DNA from: Deltaproteobacteria bacterium
GTDB taxonomy: Bacteria > Bdellovibrionota > UBA1018 > UBA923
NCBI GenBank assembly: GCA_016186905.1
Contig: JACPKS010000069.1
Location: forward strand, 1,766-65,765
Reading direction: 5' to 3'
Length of the DNA stretch: 64,000 bases
The notes under the pieces were generated by a model. That model searched no databases. It saw only the letters and a list, made by a program, of their open reading frames with translations, and was not told where the DNA came from. A program made the translations under genes and the position numbers. Of the stretch, positions 27,983 to 37,353 are shown in pieces. Positions within the stretch are counted from its first letter, which is position 1, and each line of letters starts with the position of its first letter.

Positions 27983-28070
27983 TGCTGATCTCCTTTTTTC
28001 TTTCCGGCCGCTTCGCGGCCACGCTCCTCACTTTTGCTCGCGAGCTCGCTTCTGCTGCTCGCTCCTGCCC

Positions 28071-28097
28071 GCAAGCGCCGCGTTTCGCCGCGCTTGC
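28071..28097. other. 12-bp stem hairpin (one mismatch) 5 nt downstream of the icd stop
   Basis: GCAAGCGCCGCG-ttt-CGCCGCGCTTGC. No U-run follows on the minus strand, so a terminator role is uncertain. Confidence 0.4.
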
Positions 28098-28102
28098 GCT
28101 CC

Positions 28103-29368
<1,266 letters not shown>

Positions 29369-29550
29369 GAAACCGCTCCTTCTCTTTGCGTCGCGTGTCG
29401 CGCGACGCGCTTTTGGCATCACATGCCGTGCACGCCACGATAAATTCTAATATTTTGTTTGCGATTGGATTCTAACGAGTTTTGGGGAAATTGGAATGAA
29501 ACAATTGCAGCGTTTCGCTCTTCACTCGGATATTTTTTTCGCCCTTGTGT

Positions 29551-29585
29551 GCGCGGAGCGGCAAAAGCTTCTTTCGCGTCCGCGC
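29551..29585. repeat. REP-like hairpin immediately 3' of the Y1 transposase gene
   Basis: GCGCGGA...TCCGCGC arms, extendable to about 10 bp with one bulge. They enclose GCAAAAGCTT (29561-29570), a 10-mer also seen at 17139-17148 and 26839-26848, all intergenic. Confidence 0.5.
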
Positions 29586-29590
29586 TGCAC

Positions 29591-30121
29591 TCAACCGTAA
29601 TCCGTCACAAGCATTCCGTTTTGAATCCACGCGGTGTCCCTCTCGTCAATAATCCCGGCCTTAATTGAGTTTCTCCAAACATAAGTGGTCGCATTCCATA
29701 AATCCCGCCCCTCCCGAACGATGCGACTCCAGCATCTTGCGCGCCAGAGTTTTCCCTTTCCGATTCGCAGCGCGATCATCCCCGCCAAGAATCGCATCGC
29801 ATTCGCGAAAAGTGCTCTCGACGGCACTTGTACGACGAGATGCACGTGATCCGGCATGATCGCGATGGCTCGAATCCTTAACCCGAACCGCTCCTGCGTT
29901 TCACGTAGAGTTTTTTTGATGAGGAAGTGGTGCTTTCTGAGAATCGGTCGCCCCGCCTTCATTACGACGTGGTTGTACGCACGAGTAGACAACGTTCGCG
30001 CGATTTTTCGACTCGAGTATTTCTTTTCGCGGAAGAGTTTGAGTTGTACGCGCATTTTGTAAATTATCCTGTTCGACTTAATCGTCGAAACTACCAGAGC
30101 AAACTTCGCGCCAGTTGCCAC
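29591..30121 (-). CDS. Y1 HUH transposase, IS200/IS605 TnpA / REP-associated (RAYT)-like
   Basis: 176 aa. HUH motif in IMPDHVHLVVQV, later Tyr region TTYVWRNSIKAG. No second IS gene (tnpB) adjacent. Start could also be ATG 30055. Confidence 0.75.
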   Translation of the reverse strand: MATGAKFALVVSTIKSNRIIYKMRVQLKLFREKKYSSRKIARTLSTRAYNHVVMKAGRPILRKHHFLIKKTLRETQERFGLRIRAIAIMPDHVHLVVQVPSRALFANAMRFLAGMIALRIGKGKLWRARCWSRIVREGRDLWNATTYVWRNSIKAGIIDERDTAWIQNGMLVTDYG

Positions 30122-30557
30122 TTCCCGCTTTTTCAGATTTTCGCTTTATCGCCGCTTGCGCGCACTGGATACGGTTTAGAATTTTGAAAAGACAACTCGC
30201 TCTGAAAAATCGCGGGGCGATGGTCTGGAACGCGTGCAAGCCGCGAAATAAAAGCCGTTCGGCGAAAGAATTTTTTTGCAGCTCGCAGCAGAGCCCCTTT
30301 TTCGCCGCACTGCCGCTGTAGTTTTTTCAGATATTTTGAAAATTTTTCCAATGCAATGAGTTCGCTCAAATTCTATGAGAAATCGGGATCTGAGAATCTC
30401 GGCAGACGTTTGTCGACCCATAGGATTGATATATAAATACTCACTGAGGGCGTGATTTCCAGATTCCGACCCATCTAAGTATCGCCCCGGCAGAACCTTC
30501 CCAGCTCCCGGGCTTCAAGGTTTCCTGGAATTAACCTAAACTGATCGGAGGCGACCT

Positions 30558-31175
30558 ATGCGCTCCGACAAGAACACTCCCATCATCCGACGCCTTCTCC
30601 TGATCGCGCTGCTCGGCACCGCGGCGCTATCCGGGCCCCCAGCCTTCGGCCAGGAAAAAAACGAGCAGGCGTTTCAAGCGATCCCTCGCAACTCCACAGC
30701 GGAATGCTCCACCGCCCAGGAAAAACTCGCGGCGAAAATGTTGTCACTGGGATTTACTGACATCGTCAGCGGTTGCGCGACGATGAACGACGATACCGGC
30801 TCACATCCCATTCCCATCCTGCAAGGAAAACATTCGAAGAAATTTTCAGGCGAAACGGCGCTTGGTCCTCGCCGTGCGACGCTCGAGTCGTGCAAGAGCG
30901 ACCTTGCGGAGTTGCTCCCGAAAGGAGCTGAAATCATCCGAATGGAGTCGGAGTGCATCAAGGGGACCGAAACCGATTACAAAGGAACGACCACGACGTT
31001 CTGGCAGTCTTACGTTTTCTATCTGAAGGACGAGTCCGCCGCCGCCACGAATCAATCGGTTCCCGTTATCCAACCGTCTGTCAACGACTCCACCCGAAGC
31101 AAAGACGTTCCGCTCGACGAAAACGAAAAGGCCAAGCGGGACTTCATCAATTCCTCGAAGACGCTTCCGCGGTGA
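30558..31175 (+). CDS. Hypothetical secreted protein
   Basis: GGAGG at 30547-30551. Signal peptide IIRRLLLIALLGTAALSGPPAFGQ. 205 aa. No family recognised. Confidence 0.55.
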   Translation: MRSDKNTPIIRRLLLIALLGTAALSGPPAFGQEKNEQAFQAIPRNSTAECSTAQEKLAAKMLSLGFTDIVSGCATMNDDTGSHPIPILQGKHSKKFSGETALGPRRATLESCKSDLAELLPKGAEIIRMESECIKGTETDYKGTTTTFWQSYVFYLKDESAAATNQSVPVIQPSVNDSTRSKDVPLDENEKAKRDFINSSKTLPR

Positions 31176-31216
31176 GCGTGGCGAAATATCCGCTAGCCGC
31201 CACTCTTTAATTTCTA

Positions 31217-32695
31217 CTATTTACCACTGCCAAGATAAAAATCGATCCACGCGGCGCAGTCATGCCCGATCGGCTCGCTCTTTGCCCCGTATGGTCCAAG
31301 GCCCCCGAAAAACTGAACGCCGCTGTCAAAAAAACCACCCGAGGCGACGGCTCTGCCGCCGCCGGGAAGCGGACCATAATAGGGTCGCTCAACCGGGCAA
31401 TATTTCTTGATGAGTGCCGCGCCGTATTCGGTCGCGCGAAATCCCGACGCGATCCAATGATAGTAGGGGTTAGCGTACCCTGTACGCCGGTCGATCACTT
31501 TTCCCGCGTTACGAAGCCAGGCGTTGTCATAGCCCATCGCATGCAGCAGCGCGAGCGTGGTCGCCTGGAGGCCCGTCTGGTACGCGCCTCCCCCAACGGC
31601 GGGAACCGTGCGCACTGAAAGGTTCACCGTGATCCCCTCCCACGGGAGCATCGATCTCATTCTGCGGTACATCGGTTTGCTGATCGCCTTCAATTCGGCG
31701 TCGCTGAACCCGATCGCGCGGTAGGCCTGGTACATGACCGCCCAGGAATCGCCCCGCATCTCGCAACGATCGTCGGGGAGCATATCCTCCCAGTTGCCCG
31801 GTGGGATTTCAGGCGGCCGCGTCGCAGGCCGAGGCGGGCAAATATTGTAAACGTCGATCAAACCCACGACCGATAACTTCTTCTTGGGATTGTCGCGCAG
31901 AAACTTCATCCATTTTTCCGCGGCGACTTTGTCGCGCGTCTTGAAAAGATAGAGCATCATGCCCAAAAATTCGTCTCGGCTGAAGAGCGGCTGCCCTTGC
32001 TCGGAAAGAGGATAGCGCCGCTGAAAAGCGTTTCGAAACCACGCGCCGGTCACGGGGTCTTGCGACTTGCGCAGGTCCTCGCAGCGGTCGAGGTCTCCGG
32101 CCAGGCAAAACGGGCCCGCTACGTTGTTGGTGTTTCCGAAATAAGAGCAGCCGTCGTCACCGGGCTTCTCGCAATCGCCCAGAATCAGATAGCCTTCTTT
32201 TCCCTGCGCCTTCATGTTCTCGCAGGTATCGACATCCGACGGAAGAATGGGCCGAAGGATGTCAGCCGGCGGCGGAAGCGTGAGCGGATCCGGAGCGCAT
32301 CGCGCCCAAGCGTGGGTTTTCTGCCGCAGCACGCGCAGCTCGGCGGCGGTTTCGGGACGCAACGGCTCGTTGCGATCCGGAAGCGGCGTCACCGGATCGG
32401 AGCCGCAGTCGCACTTCGCCGCGATGTCTTCCTTATGAGCGAATTTGAAGTAAGGGGGAAAGTTGTAAGCGCATCCGCCCTGGAGCTTGCTCCAATGCGT
32501 ATACAGATATTCGGTCGTTTTTCCCGTTGTTTCCTTGAAGCGGATGCCGTGGCAGTTGTGCTCGAACTCCTTGAACGCGCAATAATTCGGGCATTCCGGC
32601 GCGAAGACAGAATTCGGATCGGCGGCCCGCGCCGATGGCGGACTTGCATTGACCATTAACCAGAGACTGCCGAACCAAATCAGCGCGCGTGCCAT
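31217..32695 (-). CDS. Hypothetical secreted Cys-rich protein
   Basis: 492 aa. Signal peptide MARALIWFGSLWLMVNASPPSARA. I count 16 Cys. No family recognised. Confidence 0.55.
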   Translation of the reverse strand: MARALIWFGSLWLMVNASPPSARAADPNSVFAPECPNYCAFKEFEHNCHGIRFKETTGKTTEYLYTHWSKLQGGCAYNFPPYFKFAHKEDIAAKCDCGSDPVTPLPDRNEPLRPETAAELRVLRQKTHAWARCAPDPLTLPPPADILRPILPSDVDTCENMKAQGKEGYLILGDCEKPGDDGCSYFGNTNNVAGPFCLAGDLDRCEDLRKSQDPVTGAWFRNAFQRRYPLSEQGQPLFSRDEFLGMMLYLFKTRDKVAAEKWMKFLRDNPKKKLSVVGLIDVYNICPPRPATRPPEIPPGNWEDMLPDDRCEMRGDSWAVMYQAYRAIGFSDAELKAISKPMYRRMRSMLPWEGITVNLSVRTVPAVGGGAYQTGLQATTLALLHAMGYDNAWLRNAGKVIDRRTGYANPYYHWIASGFRATEYGAALIKKYCPVERPYYGPLPGGGRAVASGGFFDSGVQFFGGLGPYGAKSEPIGHDCAAWIDFYLGSGK

Positions 32696-33041
32696 AGGTC
32701 TCTCCTGTTCAGAGTAAATAGCAACATCCGCTTTGAATCTGGTCTAGCGAAATCTTCCTGCCGAATTTCTCGAAGTTCATCGCTCTCATCGCTCTATTAT
32801 CGGCGTTTTCAACGCCTCCGTTGAGCGACTCCATTGAGCGACCGTCGCAAATCCCACCGCAAATACCCGATCAAAACAAACGGATGTCACGGTGACATAC
32901 GAATAGGTAAATTTACAAGCAAAACTAGGCGGTTACAAAATCGCCCTGTCCCATATCATTCCCATAACATCGCTGCTGACTCATCACGGTGCGACGCGCG
33001 GTAAAAAGTGGGCAGGCACACTTCAGGCAGCGCGAGCAGAT

Positions 33042-34563
33042 TCAGTGACCCATTTTTTTCTTCGAGAGATAGTAGTCGTAGTTACCTTCATACACGCGCA
33101 TCTCGCCGTGGTCGATTTCGAAAACACGGGTGGCGAGCGCGCGCAGGAAGTGGCGGTCGTGGCTCACGATCAGCACCGTGCCGTCGAAATTTTTCACGGC
33201 GTCGAGCAAAACTTCCCGCGACTTGATGTCGAGATGGTTGGTGGGTTCGTCGAGAACGAGCAAATTCACCGGGTTCGCAAGAATCGTCGCGAGCACCACG
33301 CGGCTTTTCTCGCCGCCCGAAAGCACCGAGACTTTCTTGTGAACGTCGTCGCCGGAAAATAAAAACGCTCCGCAAAGGTTGCGCACGTATCCGATCGTCG
33401 CGTCGGGTACGCGCGAGTAGACCTCTTCGTAAACCGTGTGCTCGGGGTTCAGCACCTCAAGGGAATGCTGGCTGAAGTATCCGATTTTCACGTTTGCACC
33501 CAACTCCACGCGGCCCGCGGTAGGCGCCGTCTGTTCGCTGATGACTTTAAGAAGCGTCGATTTTCCGGCGCCGTTCACGCCGACCACCGCGATCTTGTCG
33601 AGCCGGCGCACGATTCCCGTGAGGCCGCTGAAAACTTTTTTCTCTGGCGATGCGCTCGATTTTCTCGATTTTTTTCACGCGCGACTGCACCTGCGCCGCG
33701 TGCGATGCGCGCGCGGCAAAACGCGCGATGAACTCCTCTTCCTTGGCGAGCATGTCCTGCTGTTTGGAATGCGCCGCGAGAAGCTGCTCGCGGCGGATTT
33801 CGCGCTCGCGCAGATAGAACTCGTAATTTCCCGTATAAGACGTGATCTGCTTGTTCGCGATCTCGACGACGCGAGAAACCACGCGGTTCATGAACTCGCG
33901 GTCGTGGCTCGTCATCACGATCGCGCCTTTGAATTCCGTCAGCCATTCCTCGAGCCACATGATCGACTCAAGATCGAGGTGGTTCGTGGGCTCGTCCATC
34001 AGAAGCACGTCGGGATTCAGAGCCAGAATCCGCGCGAGCGCGATGCGCATTTTCCAGCCGCCCGAAAACGTCTCGACCGGGCGGCCGTAATCGCCGGGTC
34101 CGATGCCAAGCCCGGTGAGAATCGCTTTCGCGCGCGAGTCGAGCTCGTAGCCGCCGCGCTGTTCGAACTCGAGCTGAACTTCGCCGTATTTTTCGAGAAG
34201 CCCCTCCATCTCCTCGTCGGGGATGGGGTGTTCGGCGCTGTTCTGAAGACGCGCTTCGATCTCGGCGAGCTTGCGCGCGAGCTCCGAAATGCGACCCGCG
34301 CCCGCCTTCACTTCCTCAAGCGCCGAGCGCCCTCGCATCTCGCCAACGTCTTGCGAAAAATAACCGATCACGAGACGGTCGGAGCGGCTCACCTCGCCCG
34401 CATCGACGCCCTCTTCGCCCGTAATGATACGAAAGATCGTCGTCTTTCCCGCGCCGTTGGGGCCGACAAGCCCGATCTTGTCATTGGGGCGCACCTGAAA
34501 GCCGGCGTCTTTGAACAGCACTTTCTCGCCGTACTGCTTCGTGATGTTTACGAGATGGATCAT
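33042..34563 (-). pseudogene. ABC-F family ATPase (two ABC domains), frame broken with an apparent internal deletion near 33612-33650
   Basis: ATG 34563. ABC1 MIHLVNITKQYGEKVLF..GLVGPNGAGKTT, LSGGWKMR. Linker ..QSRVKKIEKIERIA. The frame then changes, and ABC2 resumes at ..FSGLTGIVRRLDKIAVVGVNGAGKST in ORF 33042-33611. The junction contains an A6 run. Confidence 0.85.
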
Positions 34564-34650
34564 GGAGGTCCAGACCTTACCCCAGGTCGGCCCCGCTTGC
34601 CATCGCTCGACGATCGCGGCAAAGTGAGAGACGGAGCGCACACGCGGCGT

Positions 34651-35331
34651 ATGATCGATCAGTTTCAAATCGGCCCCCTGAGGAATTTCGTTTATCTCGT
34701 GACGTTCGGCGGGGAATCGCTCGTGGTCGACCCGCAGCCTGAGCTTGCCCCTTGGGAACGGCGTCTCGCCGAACTTGGCGCGCGCCTTTGCGGCGTGCTT
34801 CTCACCCACACGCACCACGACCACGTCGGCGGCGTGCCCGAGATCTGCGAAAAATACGGCGTTCCGGTTTACGTGCACGCGCTCGACGAGGGACGGCTTA
34901 CCGGAAAAGCCGGCCTCGGGCTCCCTCGCCGCGAAGTCGAGGCGAGTGGAGACCGGATCGCTTCCAGACTGCATCGCATTGTGGACGGAGACCGCATCGC
35001 CGTGGGGAATTGCTTCGTGGAGGTGCTGCATACTCCAGGGCACAGTGGAGGCGAATGTTCCTATCTTGTACAAGAATCCGCAAAGGGCCCTTCGGGCCTG
35101 TTCTCGGGCGACACCGTTTTCGTCGGCGACGTTGGGCGCACCGACCTCGAAACCGGAAGCAACGAAGAGATGTTCGCTACGATTCAGCGTTTGAAAACGC
35201 TTCCTCCCGACACCGTGATCTATCCCGGCCACGATTACGGCCGCACGCCGACGTCGACCATCGCGCGCGAGAGCGCGCAATCCGCGGCGTGGCGCTGCAA
35301 AAGCGTGGAAGAATTGGCGGCATTGCCATGA
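34651..35331 (+). CDS. MBL-fold metallo-hydrolase (hydroxyacylglutathione hydrolase-like)
   Basis: ATG 34651 within ORF 33436-35331; the upstream part is antisense to the ABC-F gene. THTHHDHVGG motif, HTPGHSGG, PGHDYG. Confidence 0.85.
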   Translation: MIDQFQIGPLRNFVYLVTFGGESLVVDPQPELAPWERRLAELGARLCGVLLTHTHHDHVGGVPEICEKYGVPVYVHALDEGRLTGKAGLGLPRREVEASGDRIASRLHRIVDGDRIAVGNCFVEVLHTPGHSGGECSYLVQESAKGPSGLFSGDTVFVGDVGRTDLETGSNEEMFATIQRLKTLPPDTVIYPGHDYGRTPTSTIARESAQSAAWRCKSVEELAALP

Positions 35332-35338
35332 GGCCCGC

Positions 35339-36388
35339 ATGAACTTGCACCTGCCCGAAAGACTTCCGCGCCTTCCGGGAATTTTAAGCCCGTACCGCCT
35401 CTTCGTCCGCCCATTGCTGTTTTTGCTCGATGCCGAAAGCGCCCACGAGCTGACCACCCGCATTTGCCGCCTGCTGTGGAGTTTTAAGTGGGGCCGCGAT
35501 CTCACGCGCGCGATTTACGCGCGAAACCTTCCGCGCATTCCAGCGCGCATTCCCGCAAATGGCGCCGCGCTCGAACTGGCCAATCCAGTGGGACTCGCCG
35601 CCGGCTTCGACAAGAACGGGTTGCTCATCCCGGGAATCGAGGCGCTGGGATTCGGATTCGTCGAAATCGGAACCGTCACGCCGCGTCCGCAGCTCGGAAA
35701 TCCCCAGCCGCGCATCGCGCGTGAAACCGCCCAGCGCGCGATCGTCAATCGCATGGGTTTTCCCAACGACGGCGCCGACATCATGGCCGCGCGCTTGAAG
35801 AAAGTGAAGGAGAAGGTCGCGGTTCCCGTCGGCATCAACATCAGCAAAAACCGCGATACGCCCAACTCCGAAGCCGTCAAGGATTACGAAACGCTTTTGA
35901 AGCGATTCCGCGACATCGCCGACTACTTCGCGATCAACATCAGCTCGCCAAACACGCCGGGACTGCGCGAGCTGCAATCCAACGAATTCCTGCAGGCGCT
36001 GTATATGCGCATCGAGAGCTTGCGCCTCACGCAATCCGTTTTCTTGAAACTCTCGCCCGATCTTCCGCACGCGCGGCTAAAAGACGTCTGCGCGCTTTGC
36101 GGAACCGGAAAGCCGTTTACGGGGCTCATCCTCACGAACACCGAACCCTCCGATCTCGGCGGCATCTCGGGTTATCCCCTCAGAAAAACGTCTCTGCAGA
36201 TGCTCATGAAAGCGCGCGAGATGCTTCCCGCCGGAGCACCCGTCATCTCGGTCGGCGGCATCGAAACCGCCGCGGACGCGCGCGAACGGCTCGCCGCCGG
36301 CGCAACGGCCGTGCAAATTTACACGACGCTGATTTACCAGGGGCCGTCAGCCGTGCGCAGGATCGTGCGGGGGCTTAGGGCTCGTTGA
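35339..36388 (+). CDS. pyrD: Dihydroorotate dehydrogenase (quinone), class 2
   Basis: 349 aa. NPVGLAAGFDKNG, GFVEIGTVTPRPQLGNPQPR, NRMGFPNDG, NISSPNTPGLR. Confidence 0.92.
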   Translation: MNLHLPERLPRLPGILSPYRLFVRPLLFLLDAESAHELTTRICRLLWSFKWGRDLTRAIYARNLPRIPARIPANGAALELANPVGLAAGFDKNGLLIPGIEALGFGFVEIGTVTPRPQLGNPQPRIARETAQRAIVNRMGFPNDGADIMAARLKKVKEKVAVPVGINISKNRDTPNSEAVKDYETLLKRFRDIADYFAINISSPNTPGLRELQSNEFLQALYMRIESLRLTQSVFLKLSPDLPHARLKDVCALCGTGKPFTGLILTNTEPSDLGGISGYPLRKTSLQMLMKAREMLPAGAPVISVGGIETAADARERLAAGATAVQIYTTLIYQGPSAVRRIVRGLRAR

Positions 36389-36439
36389 AAAATAACTGGC
36401 GGCTTGCGACAACCGTCTTCCGGCGCTAGCTTTTCAGGG

Positions 36440-37228
36440 ATGCACTGGCTTTTGCTGCGCGGGCTCGTCCGCGAAATAAGACACTGGGGAAACCTCCCCG
36501 AGCTTTTCGAGAAAACCGTGCCGGGCGCCAAGACGCACATGCTGGACCTGCCGGGCATCGGCACGGAAATCGGACGGGTCACGCCTGCCACGGTCGACGG
36601 CATCATGGAAGATCTGCGCGCGCGCTGGCTGCCGCTTCGCGGTCAGGACTCCGACGGAAGCGGCGAGTGGGGCATCTTCGGCGTCTCTCTTGGAGCGATG
36701 GTGGCGCTCTCCTGGGCGGCGCGACACCCAGAAGACTTCAAGCGGATGGTGATCATCAACACGAGCGCGCGCGGCTTAAGCAGCGCCACCGAACGCTTCC
36801 GGCCTGCAAACCTCAAGCACTTCCCTCAGCTGTTCGTTAGAGAAGACCGCTACGAGCGCGAAAAAACCATTCTCTCGCTCACGACGTCGTCGTATTCTGA
36901 CGCGCCCGAAAAGCTCGATGCGGTCGCGCAACGCCAGGCCGAATTCGCTCCTGTTACCTCGAAGTTTCGCCAGACGGGCTTACGCCAGCTTGGCGCGGGC
37001 TTGATGTTTCGCGTCGACGAGTCTTTGCGAAAGAATCACCCGCCGTGCCTCGCGCTCGTTTCCGAAAAAGACACGCTCGTGAACCCCGTATGCACGGTAA
37101 GACTCGCTGAATTCCTGGGCGCCACGGTGCGCCGGCACCCCTGGGGCAACCACGACCTTCCGCAAGACGACGCCCCCTGGATCGTCGAACGCATCCGCGA
37201 GTGGCTCCAAAAGGTGGCTGCTAACTAA
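36440..37228 (+). CDS. Alpha/beta hydrolase fold protein
   Basis: ATG 36440 (MHWLLLRGLVRE..); an alternative start is at 36404. Nucleophile-elbow-like GVSLGA. Confidence 0.65.
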   Translation: MHWLLLRGLVREIRHWGNLPELFEKTVPGAKTHMLDLPGIGTEIGRVTPATVDGIMEDLRARWLPLRGQDSDGSGEWGIFGVSLGAMVALSWAARHPEDFKRMVIINTSARGLSSATERFRPANLKHFPQLFVREDRYEREKTILSLTTSSYSDAPEKLDAVAQRQAEFAPVTSKFRQTGLRQLGAGLMFRVDESLRKNHPPCLALVSEKDTLVNPVCTVRLAEFLGATVRRHPWGNHDLPQDDAPWIVERIREWLQKVAAN

Positions 37229-37353
37229 TCGCAAAGCGGCGCGTCACCAATTGCTGTTGGATTCACGTAGGTTCGCCCTCGTCGTAACGCGCCGTTTCGT
37301 AATGAGTAGGCTGGCACCTTATTGATTCTTCCGCGGCTGCCGATAACTTAGAC

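Noticed and set aside
27983-28102. Repeated CTCCTCAC / TGCTGCTCGCTCC-like strings in the icd-mdh spacer as members of the same repeat family as 26831-27024.
   Set aside because: Similarity to the mdh-sucC element is limited to short words (GCAAAAG, TGCTGCTC). That is too short to assert homology without a genome-wide repeat analysis, so only the local hairpin is reported as a feature.
29423-33041. Small RNA, tRNA or riboswitch in the larger non-coding stretches (29423-29590, 30122-30557, 32696-33041; also 41297-41499, 48213-48390, 51818-51927).
   Set aside because: I could not recognise cloverleaf tRNA features or any known RNA family signature by eye. A covariance-model scan (Infernal/Rfam, tRNAscan-SE) would be needed, and absence is not proven.
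33436-34650. Upstream 405 codons of the 631-aa + strand ORF ending in the MBL hydrolase.
   Set aside because: This part is antisense to the ABC-F gene and low-complexity. The MBL domain begins at ATG 34651 (MIDQFQIGPLRNFVYLV).
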